64,000 nt of DNA. It comes from Callorhinchus milii (Eukaryota). A model generated the notes under the pieces. It was not told the origin of the DNA, searched no databases, and saw only the letters and a list, made by a program, of their open reading frames with translations. The DNA is taken from contig NW_024704747.1 of assembly GCF_018977255.1 (NCBI RefSeq), forward strand, positions 25,854,001 through 25,918,000, written 5' to 3'. This document shows, piece by piece, positions 10,904 to 24,596 of this stretch. Positions within the stretch are counted from its first letter, which is position 1, and each line of letters opens with the position of its first letter. The position numbers and the translations under genes were made by a program.

Positions 10904-13900
10904 TCCTTGCGTTTGATAGAGCGCTTTTCACGTCGGGAGGACGTCCCATAGCGCTTCACAGAACGCACCGCGAAGCGAATTGACTGTATATGTTTGCGGG
11001 CGGAGGGCGGCAGCCAATTGCGCACAGCAGCGTCCCCGCAGACGGTCGTGGATTGAAAATGACCCCCATTTATTATCGGTGTCGGTGTTTCGAGAGGCTC
11101 GTGAATAAACCGAATCCCCATTACCCCCCACACCCCCCGCCCCCCCCCCCCCCCCCCCCCACCCCCACCCCCCCACCCCCCTCGAGCCACTGCGTTTAAA
11201 GTTTAATCGAGAAGGACCGCTCGATCTGGTTCCACATGGTATTCACGGTGAACTTTGTGCCTCACGCTCCGTTGGTTGCCTCAACCCCAAGGAAACCTTC
11301 AGAGAAACAGCATTACAAATGTCTCCTCTCCACTGCCCGCCACGACCGGATCGGTTCCACTCGCAGTTTTAACGCAATACCCCCCCCCCCCCCCACTCCC
11401 CCCCCACCCCCCAAAATGATGGAAAGTTGGGCCACCTCTCGGTTCTGCGCGCCTTCTGTTTTTTTTAAAAAATAATAATAAAAAAAAATACACACGTTTT
11501 TGAATCGGTTTTGTTCGCGCGGAAACGAAAGCAAAAGATGCAGCTGGAAAGTCGCAAAGGTGTTTCTTTGCTCAGAGCGTTTATAGCTATGAAAATATCA
11601 TATACCTTCAATGTTATATACGCACTGATGCGGAAAGATGTTTTTCCTTCCGCCTGCGTTAATTTATTTCACGACCAAAGCCAGGTATTGCATTTAAGGT
11701 TAAAATCAATTCCCTCCATTTCAATCGGTATAATTTACAATGTAAATGATAAGCTTTACAATGTAAATTATACGCCGCTATTTGAACATGTTCTGTACAA
11801 AATCACATCTACATATTTCTTTTAGGTGACATCTACACTTTACAAGGACGTGTGCTGTAATTTACATGAAAGTTAACCATTATTCCATGGACGGATATGT
11901 ATATACCCCTCAGGTTATTTTATTTATTTTTGTTTTTAACAAAATCAAACCCTTACTGAATCATACGGCGGGATGGTTTATGTAAATGTCAGGTCGATGT
12001 TAATTTAATAGACTTGTTTGCCATGTTTTATTTTGGTTTATTTTGTCTGCAATTGAAACGGCCTTAATTTTTCTTCTAATAAACCAGAACCTTTATTTGT
12101 GAATACATTTATGAGGAGAAACGAGGATTCCGTTTCTCTCGGATTAAAATTTAAAAATACAGAAGCTATAACCATCATTCGGGCTCGTTGGAGAAACTCA
12201 ACCTCATCAGTGGCAAAATAATTTTAAATAAAAGGATAAAACATTATTTATCCGTAATCGGGTAAATGCTGCCGTGACCGTTTCAGACATGAAACTACGT
12301 AGAAAATAGATACCTGACTATTCTCCCCAAATACTGATTTGAAATAAATAATTGAAGCGCACGGAGCTCAATTGAGTTTAAAATATAACGGGAGACAACT
12401 GTTATTTTTATTTCACTTACTCTTTTGCAAATAATTGTTCTTTTCAGAAATATTTGCTGCCGATTTATCATGAGACAAATGGGCACCCATCTATGAGAAA
12501 TCCGAATAAACCGCTTATTTGTTGTGCAATGAACTCACTGCAAAACTACACGGTATTAAATAAAACCTTTAAAATAAGTATTTGAAATCATAAACTCACA
12601 AATTGGACATAAAAGCAAGACGGAAAATTTACCGAAAACACGTGTGTGTCGCTTGTTCTATTTTTATGACTGAAATAATCGTTAAACTATTTTCAATCAG
12701 ATATTTTATTAAGATTAGAGAAAATACGTTATTTCGTGTAGGATTCCGTTGCAGCTGTTTATTCGAATATATCGCTGAGATTTCGTTTTTACATCACATA
12801 GTTTATTAATTTGGGAAATAAGGCCTAACGTGTTTTAGTAGCGTTTATATCTCAAATCCAGAACGTATCATTGAATATTTTCCGTATTGGCTGTGACTAT
12901 AGTGCGCCGCATTATCCATTTTAGAAAAAAAGTTTTTTTAAAAAATACACAAGTGTGCAACAAAATGGAGTTTTTTTTTAAATGTAGCCTTTACAATGAA
13001 GTTAAACTATTACATGTGTGAATTGTTTGAAAAAAAACCTGCCCCATTTATTTCGACAAGCCTGCGAAACCGTAGCTTGTGCTGTCGAATTGTTTTAAAA
13101 TCCATTTAAAATAGGCTGCGTGGAAGTTTTTCTTTGCTTGCAAATCAGCATTTTGCAAACGTGTCTGATTTTCACATTTTTTGGGGGGTCGTGAGCGAGT
13201 CTACAACTGGAACGCAAATTCCTTGCTGTTTCTTTGATCGCATGTTTAGGAATAAGCGCGTCAGTTATTATTCCACATTCTCTAAATTTAGCTTTGCACT
13301 TTTCTGGTTTAGTTTTAACCATTTTGCTGTAATGATTCCATGGTTTCATGCGGTGAACAACTTGGTTATAATGGAGCGACAGCTCCCTCCAGTGGACAGT
13401 GCTGTGTACTATTGTCTGTCCAGAACATGGACTGTTTTGAGTCCAGGTTTGTACAGAAACATGGCAGAACCATTGACCAAACGCAGCAGAATGTCAATAT
13501 ATATTATGTGAAATAATTGTCGATGAAGATAAGTATAAGATTGATGGGATACACTGCACATCCGTACACTAGTTTACTTGGATTTGGTGGAGAAAATCAA
13601 CTTACTAAACCAAGATAGTATGAGAATTTATAGCACAATTGAATATACTAACACGGTTTGTTCTGCTCACCTCTTTGTGCGAAGAAAGAAACACAGACAA
13701 AGATAGAGGGAAACAAACTAAGTGTTTTGACAGTTTTATATCATTCGTGCTCTCCATTTGCCGAGTCTTTTTAATTGCTGGATAGCAACATGCGATTATA
13801 TTTGTAAAGCTATTTATTCCTGGTGTCACAGTAATCTTTGGAGTAGCTTCACGCATCTTTCAGCTAGTATTCTAAACAAAAACCTTGCCAAGACAGAAAT

Positions 13901-16474
13901 TTCCGAAATAAATAAGAAATAAGACAGAAATTTCCGGAAATCCACAACAGGTTGATCTGCACCTGAAAGTCAAAAATAGGTTAACATTTTAAATATTACC
14001 TTTCATCAGACCTGAATAGTTCCGTTCATGTTTTATAGTTTGCGTCAATTGCTTCACATCATATGTCGTTTTAATCCATCAATAAAACCAACTATCGCAG
14101 ATTATTATTGAATGATGGTTATATTAATCTACTTTGCATAAAAATGCGTTGTATGAAATTATGAGTAAGTACATATATGTGTATGTATGCATAAATGTGC
14201 TCAGGAAGAGATAACTCTTTGAGTCGATTGCTTGAATTCCAGTGACAAGAGCAGAATTAATTGTCTTCTCTGCTTTAACCAGTGTCTGCAATTTTGTTTG
14301 TCACCAACAGACAATAACATGTGAATTAGCTGGTTTCAAAGAAGCCCGTAATTGCACGGAGAAAACCATAAAGCCATTAAGGTCAGACGTCTAGCCAGTT
14401 GTGGGGGTTTATTGTACCCCGTTCCTTCCTGTTTTAAAGTAGTATTTATGGAATTGTGACAATAGATGGCGTTGCAATTCAACACCTTCTGAACACTTTA
14501 AAGTTTTACTGGAACTTCTTTAGTGAAGATGCAAGAAGTTTTAGTTTTACGACTGCATAGCATTGTCTTCAATCTGAGGTGGCAAACGTGATAGTCATGT
14601 GAAATAACATGCAGTCGCTTGTGTGCTATATGGTCAATTATGTGCAAGGCAACCACCAATCTGTACTCAGTGCTTTATAGCTCCTGTGCAAATACTTTTA
14701 ACCGTGAGTGTATGACTGTGGTGAGTCGACTAAACACATTTGCAGCTGGGAATCATTGCAGTGTGTCATTTAGTCGGATATTGGTAAATAGCGTGAATAG
14801 TAAAATAATAGTCAAAGCTTGAGAGGAAAAAAAACACACCGCCTTATAACACAGTGCCCACATAGGCCTACTTATAAGGAGGATAACTTCAATTGTTTTG
14901 GGGCTGAAGTTAACTCCTTTTGGTGTTTAACCAAAACATTTTATTTAAAATCGTGATTAATAATGTAGTTGCTGGATCGATATTAACTGTGAAACATCAT
15001 CTTACATCTGAAATCCCGTCCATAGGCGTCAATTAACATCCTTGAATCATTATACTATTATAATAATTATAATCAATTAATTTCCATGCTGAAATAAAGT
15101 GTTGATCCGTTAACTGAACGAATTTCCATACATCTCCTGTTGTTATCTGCCTTAGAGTTTCTGTGATCCTTTCACCAACCAAATGCAAAGCAGAAGCTAA
15201 TACCGCCTCTGCGTTTTATCCGTAACATACAGCTTTTGTAACTCTCGCTAAAAGGGTGTTTAATTGAACTCAAACTGCGTTTACTGAATCCTTAAACGAC
15301 CGTTACAGTAGCACAAAAACGGAATTGTTTATGAACTTTTTATTGTTGGTATCACAACGAGCAAAAGTGACGTACACAATATATATATGGGCTGGTACAT
15401 GAGTGGCATCTTCTGGTTTTAATTATAGTATTTTGTGTTTTACAGCATAGAATAAGTTTTACAGTTACGGCTGTGGTGGTTGTTAAATACCATGGAGCAG
15501 TTGGTGAGTAAGTCCAAAACTACTGTGACGTTAGCTTTTTTTTTGCATCTAAAAATACATTAATTACATCATTTTGGACTTATATAATAGTCCAAGTAAA
15601 TCGCCTCTTCAGAACATTATTCGAATCAGCGAAAAGAGCACGACGTTAAACTATGTTTTATCCACTTCACAATTACTAAATATACTTGTTTTACACTGCC
15701 CCAAACTCACGAAAAAGAAAGATGCATCAAAACAGTTTCGAACATTCCAGAATTAAATCTGTTTCCATGTACCTGTGCCACCCGGTCGAAATGTCAGTGT
15801 TTTTATGAAGACTTATTGTATTCGACAAATATATGTTCTCGTCAAAATTGTATGAAGCTCTTTAATTTTGCTTGGAGTATGATAAAATAAATATTGTATT
15901 GGGGCTGACTCTCTTTGTCACCACAGTGGTATCTGTCATTCTGTTGGCTAATAACTGCCCTGATATTAAGCCCTTGGCAGTTGTGTTGGATTCGACACCG
16001 AATAAAATGAATAAAAATGGAATAAAACGACAAAAAATGGGGTACAAAAATGGTAACATTTCCATGTGTTTATGGTATCTAAAGAATACACTACAGGCAG
16101 AAACATTAGTCAACGACAATACAAGTTGCACGACTAAACAAAATGTCACACATGGGCAAGGTTTTACCTCTATATATAAAACAAGTACACTTTATTAACT
16201 TCGTCAAAGTTTTAACGTGATAAGACCGACTTGCTGACATCAATTTAGATTCGGTTTAATGTTGCCCAACAGCAGCAAATCAGGGAATAGTCTCTAGAAG
16301 GCAGTTACTTAAATACAGAATTGCTCTGGAACAGTACAACACTGGGAAACATATAGACCGTGCTTTGTTTCTGACTAGGCCAACCTCCACTAGATAGATA
16401 AACACATTCGCACGGTCTGCTTTGTAAGATTTTTTTTCGGAAAAACCACCACGACACACGCGCACGATCAATCC

Positions 16475-16716
16475 CTAAGGCGTTTTGTTATTTCGCTCCT
16501 TGCTCATCTTTTTCATTTTCATCCTTCTGTTTTGAAACCAAATCTTTACCTGGCGCTCGGTAAGATTCAAGATTCTAGCAACTTCATAACGCCGGTCCCT
16601 GGTAAGGTACATGTTAAATAAAAACTCCTTTTCCAATTCGAGCGTCTGGTATTTGGTGTAGGGACAGCGTTTCTTCCTGGTGGAGCGAGCGTGGATCCAA
16701 TTTGCTGAAGGGTTAT
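16475..16716 (-). CDS. HOXD9: Hox-D9 exon 2 (homeodomain)
   Basis: [73 protein letters not shown]. Acceptor ttccag|at, intron 579 bp. Confidence 0.95.
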
Positions 16717-17295
16717 CTGGAAAGGAATTGAAAAAAGGCATATTAATTAACTGGATTTCTGTGTGTCCCCCCCCCCCCCTCCCACTGGAAGTCCACCGTT
16801 TGTCAAAAAATTCTCATCTGCCAATAAAATATTCCAAAGCTGCAATATTCCTTTTCAAATCAGCACTCGTCAAATTCACGTCAGCTTCACACAGGAATCA
16901 ACAGAAGCAGTTAGTTAGCAGTGGTTGCATTCGGACCAATTCTGAAGAGAGAGAGATGCCATTGAAAGAGAATAAAAACAAAGACACCGGAGAAGGTTAA
17001 ATGCAGTTACAAGAAGTTTAAGCGGCGAAACATTGCTTTGCTTTCCGCATCGAATGGGGTTTTAAAGATTCACGTAAAGATGCATTGCGACGACGCTTCG
17101 CAATTTGATCAGAACCAACTTTGTGTGTGAAATGTTAGTTCTGTGCAAACAATATCACCGCTTTACAGCTGGCTGTAGCTCCTCAGACTTGGGTAGGCGT
17201 CTAGACATTTTTATAGGTTTGTAAAACCATCAGCTTTGCACACTCGGGGCTCCAGGTTTGGGTTGTAAATCAAGCTGCAATTTTTTTGTACTTAC

Positions 17296-17851
17296 TTGGG
17301 TCAAGTTGCTGTTGTTTCTCCTCCTTGGGCTCACTGTTGCTCGTAATCTCGGAGCTGGTGCAGCAGAGCTCCTTGGAGAGTTTGTCCCTGCTCTCTGAAT
17401 ACGACCCGCACGTAAATTCCGGTAGGCTCAGGGCTTGCAGCTCGTACGAAGAACATTCAGTCCTCTTGGTTGACAAAGTTTCCGGCTTGATCCCGTAGTG
17501 CCGCCCGTTGGAGTGGAATCCGGAGAAGGGGACGGGAGCCGAGATCGGATCCAACCAGGAGCGCACGTATCTGGAGTCCGAGGTTGCAAGGTGCGATTGA
17601 TGCATATAAGGATGATAGATGCCCGCAACTGCGGCGGAGGATTGCGGATGGACAGGAGCCCAAGAGGAGGAAAAGACCGCCGATTTGGGGGCAAAGCTGC
17701 AGGAAGAGAAATCCGAACTGTCCGCTACACCTGATGGCCTTGAAGCCGGGTTGTGCGTCCCTTGAGCGTATCTGGTGGCGTACAGCTCCTCGGCTTCCTG
17801 TCCTATCAGGGAGTCCACATAATAGCTGCCTATAGTGCCACCGGTCGACAT
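17296..17851 (-). CDS. HOXD9: Hox-D9 exon 1 (protein about 265 aa)
   Basis: PG9 N-terminus MSTGGTIGSYYVDSLIG, plus SCSFAPK, RYVRSW and HYGIKPE motifs. Donor CCAA|GTAAGT. In-frame upstream ATGs at 17872 and 17926 make the start slightly uncertain. Confidence 0.92.
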
Positions 17852-17949
17852 TTTAGGTACTCTCGCATTCATAGAAAAGGTTACACTGGAAAGTGTATCT
17901 CTGATACCTTCCCTCAGAACAATCATAGTATTTTGCCGACCGCAGCGGC

Positions 17950-18075
17950 GGCTATTGGTTGTGGGCTTCACGTGATTGTATTTACCAATACACCGAGTAA
18001 ATCAATCCGCTCATCAATGTAACCAAAAATGGTGCGAGGCCCGCGTTATATGAATTAGGAAACAGATTACCAATG
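17950..18075 (-). promoter_or_regulatory. Hoxd9 proximal promoter motifs
   Basis: ATTGG/CCAAT boxes, E-box TCACGTGA, and TGATTTAC (PBX-HOX type) on minus near 18000. Confidence 0.55.
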
Positions 18076-21000
18076 GGCAAAACTCATCTCAATAAAGTCG
18101 GTTGGTTTAGGGGGGGGAGGAGGAGGGTAGAGGGGGAGGGGAGGAGGGGGTGCATGGAGCAGGGAGAGGGGTGGGGGGAGGGGGGTGGGGGTTGGGGGGA
18201 GGGAATAAAAAAATAATCTGCAGCAGCCAGATTTGCAACCTCTCCAAAGTGCAGTTAAAAATAAGGTTGTGGAGAAGCACGGGGGGACTATTTTTCTCCC
18301 GTAGACCAATTAATGCCTGTCACTCGTTTCATAATCAGCAGTGCGTAGTCCATGATCTATGTCAAGAGCGAATATCTGTTAGTTTAGCGTAATAAAGCAT
18401 CAAGAAAACACCTTCGAGGTATGTTAGTGTTTCTGTACTGTGTGCCACTGCTTAGAAAAAAAATAGAAATGTAAAGGAGAGTAAAACAATGTGATATAAA
18501 ATGATCGATGGGGTAAGCGTTTTTTTATACCTTGAATGCAGGTCTGTACCGATTTTATTTCACCCCTTTTAAATGGTCGCCTAATATTATAATTTGTTTC
18601 AAATATAACCACATTTCGGAGCAAAGTGTTCCTCACCGCTTTATAGCCTGTACTCAGAAGCCACCATAAATGTTTTTATGTCTATCAATAAAAATTTTAT
18701 GAGGTGCATTTGATTCTACATTAATGTGTCTTTAATAAAACAGGGACTCTTTTAGCGTAGTAAAGCAGGTCTAACCAACTAAAGGTTCCCACAAAGCTAC
18801 AAGTACTCTCTCCATGTGAAAACAAATTTGTTTTTTTTTCGTACCAAGGCTTTCGCGAGACTTGAGTGTACCATTGTGTGTACAAGAGAGGAGACCTCAG
18901 TCGCTGCTCAGAATGTAAATGCTCCATCAGCTCGAGTGGAACATTTCAGTCCTATAGCTTCCGTAAACAATGGGGGGAATTGCAGAGAAGTCTTTGAATG
19001 CAAGTCGTGCAGACTGTGAATGTTTTCCACGCTCACCCACCCCCCCCCCCCCCCCACCCCCCCCCCCCCCAACCCCCCCACCCCTCACATGAAAGGCATC
19101 AAAAAAGCTGCAGAGACTGAGTGTTCCTTCAGATAACACGTTCAGTTAGTTCAGTCTTATCCTCTGTCCAGGACAAAGATCAGAGAGGCAAACTTCGTTC
19201 GTTGTGAAGGGGAGAAGTTAGGTTACGTTGTCTGAACTGTATTCATCAATTCAGTCTTTTATTGGATTGATTTACCCTTCCCCTCTCCCCCTCCCACACC
19301 CCCAAAAAAATAAATAAATAAACTGATTTTCTTTCCTTTTGAATGGTCAAGTCCGACACAATCATCTTGGCATTCACCCTGACGAGGTATTGAGGATAAC
19401 TGGATCGAGTACATGGCCGTTCCATAGCAGAAACTTAATTTAAACTAAAATTGCTAAAATTTGTCCCACTCTCTGTCCCCTCTCTCTACTACCCTCGTGG
19501 TAGAGGGATTATTACCTCTGATTTACTGTTTATAAAATGAAAAGCTAGTTGTTTGATTCAAGGGGAAATGGCAGAATCTAAGATCAACTGAGCCGGATCA
19601 AAGACCCGTCAAAAAGCATTCAGATTAATTTCCCTCTATTATGTAACGTTATATACCATTGCCTCACATAGCAGCATTGTGTGCATTAAAGGCAATTTAT
19701 TGAACAATATTTAACCATTAAACACCCAAACATGTTCGTATGTTACCAACTTACTTTCACTTTCCGCTATATTTAAGATCACAAATGCTTTAACTGATCG
19801 TAGGTGGATTAGACAACGAACAAGTTCACGAACGCTTTACATTGAGCATGAGTTTGATCGGCCATGTTTCTTAAAGCGTCAGGTTTTGTTCATTTGTGTT
19901 CGGTGTTATTTCACAGAAAGATTTTTTTTTTGGTGGTTAAGTGCGTTATTGAACGATACATCCTGGATGCGGGTTCTATACACAGTGAAACGCGCGGATT
20001 GAGGAATACATGTTTTGTCTTTGAAAGGTTTTTTTTAAAAATATCAAATTTCATTCTATTTAAAAGACCACGTTCTTAAAGTTTACAGTATCAACACATG
20101 GAACATCCCCCGATTATGCTGGTCACATTTGCTGCCATTTTGCAGCGCATTAATATACAAAGCTAAACCTTTCTTTTCCAAGAAGACACAATGCAGACTA
20201 TAACAGCAATGCTAATGTTGATATGAAACCTTTAACCAACTGAAAAGAAATACTGATACTGTGAAAGTCGATAATTGCAAATCAATGGCTGTACATTTTC
20301 ACTGATCTATAAAGTTACCGACCAGAGGAATTTGACCTCCATACTCCATTGGAAGGTTTCTACTATGTAATCAACACTGGGGAAAACATCAAAAGTTTTG
20401 TATATGTCGAATCACACAAGCAGAATAACGTAATTAAAAATGTATTCAATGAATATATTTAAACTAAAACGGCCCAGTTTTACTAACTGTTAGCAAAATA
20501 AATCCAACACATTTCCATATGTGGTTAAAGATTTTTTTTAGAAGTTGAACCCAGACTGATCAATTTACAGTTCAAAAAAGAATTTTGGTAAAGCCCTTGA
20601 AGCCTAATTGTATGTTTCTGATTTTTTGTTAAGACTCAACCGAGCAAAATCACGTTTTATTCAATATGAAATAGAATTTACTTGGAATTTATTTTGGAAC
20701 AAATGTTGGGCTAAACATGTCCCGCAAAGCTTCGGTCCACACAGTTTAGTACAGTCTAAAACTAAGATTGTCTATAATTCACTCTTCGACTCAATTTGCT
20801 GAGTTTTATTTAGCTTGAATCACCATGTTTTTTTTTCTGAATACGCAAGGATATTATATACTTTCATTATCTAATATATATAATACTATCTTTCTCAAAA
20901 CTACCAATATAAACACGACAGACTTGGAATACAACTTCCGTGCTAATTTATATGACATAATCCCTTATTCAACTGATGACATTTGTAATTTTCTGGTGCT

Positions 21001-21493
21001 AGAATTCCGTTGAACGATATTAATAACTAAGGTTAAAGCATCCGGAAATGTCATAATATGGATCATCTTATATTTGGATGTTTAATGATTTTGTTTAAAT
21101 ATATCTGAGCTACGCTTTATTTTCTTTACTTCGATTCTGCTTCGGAATTCCAAGACAACGAATTGGGTTTTCTTGGGATTTTTTTTCAATAATATGCGTT
21201 TATAAATATATATGTTAAACACGGTGAATTCGAATATTCACTGGATTGATTATCTTCCACATTAAAAGGACTTACTGAGCTGTACCGTTATCTGGTGGCC
21301 TCCTTCTATACACACTGCCCGTGCAATGGTTCAATTTGTTTTTTTGTGTGTCACTAGATTCCCATTGAAAAATCTCGCATTAATTAATGCTCTTTTATTT
21401 TTTAAAAATCACAAAACTATGCAAAACCGGTCACCTTGTGAGCTAAAAATATTCGTGCAGAATGACCTAATTGCGTTACTAAAATGATTCCTT

Positions 21494-21499
21494 TTTATT
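21494..21499 (-). terminator. Candidate distal poly(A) signal of Hoxd10 (proximal candidate 22558-22563)
   Basis: AATAAA on the minus strand. Confidence 0.45.
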
Positions 21500-21570
21500 A
21501 GTCTGGCTGACATTTACAAGGGACAGCCGGACACTCCTTTAAAGAAACGGTCACTGAACACATTAGGTTT

Positions 21571-21596
21571 GACCCTGAATAGAACCGGAATTTGTG
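21571..21596 (-). promoter_or_regulatory. Extended miR-10b complementary site in the putative long Hoxd10 3' UTR
   Basis: Plus strand gACCCTGaaTAGAACCgGAATTTGTG versus miR-10b UACCCUGUAGAACCGAAUUUGUG. Confidence 0.65.
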
Positions 21597-22929
21597 AAAC
21601 ACATTGGATATGATGGTAAATATGCTATTGCATTTGCCTCATACCGGATCATAAGTATGGGGGCAATAGTAATTGCTATTTACGCTGAACACATTAGAAG
21701 ACGACAGTCTTCCGATGTGTCACAGATGTCGAGTACCTTCAAGTACTGAATACTAAAAGTGGTTTGGAGTTGCGGTTAAAACATCAATCCTAAATGCAGA
21801 AATAATCTAAGTACGTTACTTTAAAACTGTTTTAGCCGTGGCAGCGAGCTGGGTTTACTATCCGTGGCTACTTTATAGGGCATAATCACCGTTTTAATTT
21901 TACACATTCGAATCCTTATTTTAGATACCACAGTCATTGTTTTTTTTATACTGTGAAAAAAAAGTAAAAAAAAAAATCCAGAATATTTTATGAATCCTCT
22001 TATCTGCGCTGAGGAGGCGAAGAAGATCGATCCCCAGTGTATCTCCCAAACAAAGCTGAAAAATTATGACCTAGCCGGGTATAATTGAGCCAAAAGGTTA
22101 TGCTCTTATTTTATACAGCCAGGACCATTCCGTGGCAATAAATAATTTAATAAATAGCTGTGGGAATTTACAGTTTGGATTCCCTGTTCCAAGCGAGGAT
22201 GGCAGCATCGTTTCAGGCTAAATGTCTGCAGGTTTGGTTTAATTAAAAAAAATCAACTGCTTTTGATGAAACTTCGCTGTCTCTTTAATGCCTTGTCACT
22301 GGGTACGCCCAAAGGCGCGAGGTATTGTTCAGAAGTGTTGGAGAAGCAAATCGAATTAATCTTTCAGCCCAAACTGTTACATTTCATCTATTCGTCATTC
22401 ATGAATTGTCTTCAAAAGCTTGAATTTATCTACTGTTAAATCATTTTGACTGCATTGCGCACAGATAATTTAGGAAATAAAACAACGCGCTTATGGCTAT
22501 TAGCTCGCATTTCTCAAGTTGTAAAACGGCTTGAAGAAATTGAAATATAATTTAGGATTTATTATATATTCGTGCAACAGACACATGCACATAAATACAC
22601 ATGAAATTTAGCATCGCTATTCCATCACATACTCCAGAAATGTACCTTCACAAACCTAATGATCTGACCGCTATAATTGTATAAGGGATTTTTTTAAAAG
22701 GTGTAGCTCTGTATTTAACAATTAAAAAGATGCGCTTCTGTTAATTGTTCACATTAGCAGTGGGACGTCTATCTGATCTGTAATTACCAGATAAATGTTC
22801 TTTTTGACGAATCATAATTTTGCTAAATGAGAATTTCTAGCATTGTGTACAGTCAACTCTTTCCCCCCCCAAAAAAAAAAATTGCACGAATAACTTAAAA
22901 CCTACTGACTAAATTAAAGTAAATAATTA

Positions 22930-22936
22930 ACCCTGT
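22930..22936 (-). promoter_or_regulatory. miR-10 seed site (7mer-m8, ACAGGGT) in the Hoxd10 3' UTR
   Basis: About 220 nt after the stop codon. HOXD10 is an established miR-10b target in mammals. Confidence 0.6.
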
Positions 22937-23152
22937 GTTAAATAAGACAGTTTTTTTTTAAAAAAAGCAACATTCTTGATAAGGTAAACGTGCTACTGTG
23001 TTTTCAGACAACATTGAAAGAGAGACATTATCAAAGTAATGGGCAGTACTGTAACCCAGACTGGGTCTAATGCATAACGATTTCCACAGTCTCCGGTAAA
23101 CCACTGCAGCACTAAACGCGTTGTATTCCGTTCCCCAAAACATTTGATTGGC

Positions 23153-23430
23153 TCACGAAAAGGTCAGGTTGGCGGTCAGTTCTCGGATTCGGTTTTCTCT
23201 GCTCATTTTCTTCAGTTTCATTCTCCGGTTTTGAAACCAGATCTTCACTTGTCGGTCGGTCAGATTGACGCTCTTACTTATCTCTAGACGGCGCTCACGA
23301 GTCAGATACATATTGAATAAAAATTCCTTCTCCAATTCCAGTGTTTGGTATTTTGTGTAAGGACATCTCTTCTTTCTTCCAGTCTTTGCCGTTAGCCAAT
23401 TGCCCGTCGCAGCCTTAGTCGTGGTATCCT
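23153..23430 (-). CDS. HOXD10: Hox-D10 exon 2 (homeodomain)
   Basis: [17 protein letters not shown]...[43 protein letters not shown], the D10-type C-terminus. Acceptor gatag|ag, intron 1166 bp. Confidence 0.96.
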
Positions 23431-24596
23431 CTATCAATAAGAAATCAAATGTAAGCAATCATTTGTGTGACACACGGTAAACCTAGTTTCAATTGCTTTA
23501 ATCGCAAGATAGCCAACTAAAGTTGAAAGCAGATTGCATGTTATTTAATGTATTGAAATTCTTGGCAAATACAGTATTCGCAACAAATAGAAATACAAGA
23601 TGGCTGAATAGCAAGATGCAAGCATTTGATAAATTGAAGAAGAACTGAACTTGAAGGTGTGAGATATTGACTATTATATTGTTTCACTGTTTTCTAAATA
23701 TCGGGAATCATTTCCTTGTGAATTATGTCAAATGTAGTGTAAGAGTAGAATATGAATAAACTTAAAAAGTACTGATTCTCAATTAATCGCTTGTAATCAT
23801 GTTTTATTTGTAAACGGAATGTGAAGTTTGGGGTTGAAATAAAAACAGTGTTTATGCCTCAGGTCACTTCAGAGCTTCGAATCGAAATGTATCGAAAGCA
23901 AAGCAAAGTGCGTTCAGAATAATTCTAGAGGTAAATCTTAAGAGCATTAAACTTATGATCGCTGTCTTTTATGACACAGCTTAATTGCAATATATGATTA
24001 TACGTATTACATGTAATACTTCATCGTCTTAGAAAGGACATTTTATCACTTTTTATATGTGTTCAGATATGAAACATAAATTATTTCTGTGAAAACGACA
24101 ATAATTACAGCGCCCGGGCCTCTCCCACTCTGTTATTTCCGAATCAGCAAAAATACTAGGCATTTACTATCCAAAATACAAGCAACACCTATGGTACCGA
24201 TAATACTGAGTCTCCGCCACTTTCTTAAATACATAATTTATATGTGTAATATATAGTACATGCATGGTACTGAAATGTCTATACACAGTAATACGTTTCG
24301 TATTATTTGGCACGCTCTAACGCTGATGAAACTATCAATGTTTAGCTGACATCTGTCAATGGTTTACTGGCATTTACTATGTCATTAACGATGTCATGGC
24401 ATTACTGAGCAAATTTCCGAACAACTGGGAGTTCTTATAATGAAAGGAAGCTGTGCTACTTTGCGCAATGCTGTATGAACTTTCTTACCCGTAAGTATTC
24501 GAATTAATACGTTTAAATGTAAAACTTTGCAACCAGGTTCAGATGGAGTAATAAAGTAATTATTTAAATGCGGAATTGGATATTATGAATACTCAC

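Noticed and set aside
13890-13940. Short direct repeat AAGACAGAAATTTCCG x2 (also a 9-bp triplication near 39973)
   Set aside because: Ordinary slippage duplications, with no spacer array or element ends.
21571-21640. miR-10 precursor
   Set aside because: Wrong strand and position, insertions in the mature sequence, and no 3p arm.
18000-23150. miR-196 precursor in its usual Hox9-Hox10 position
   Set aside because: I found no minus-strand match to the mature sequence by eye.
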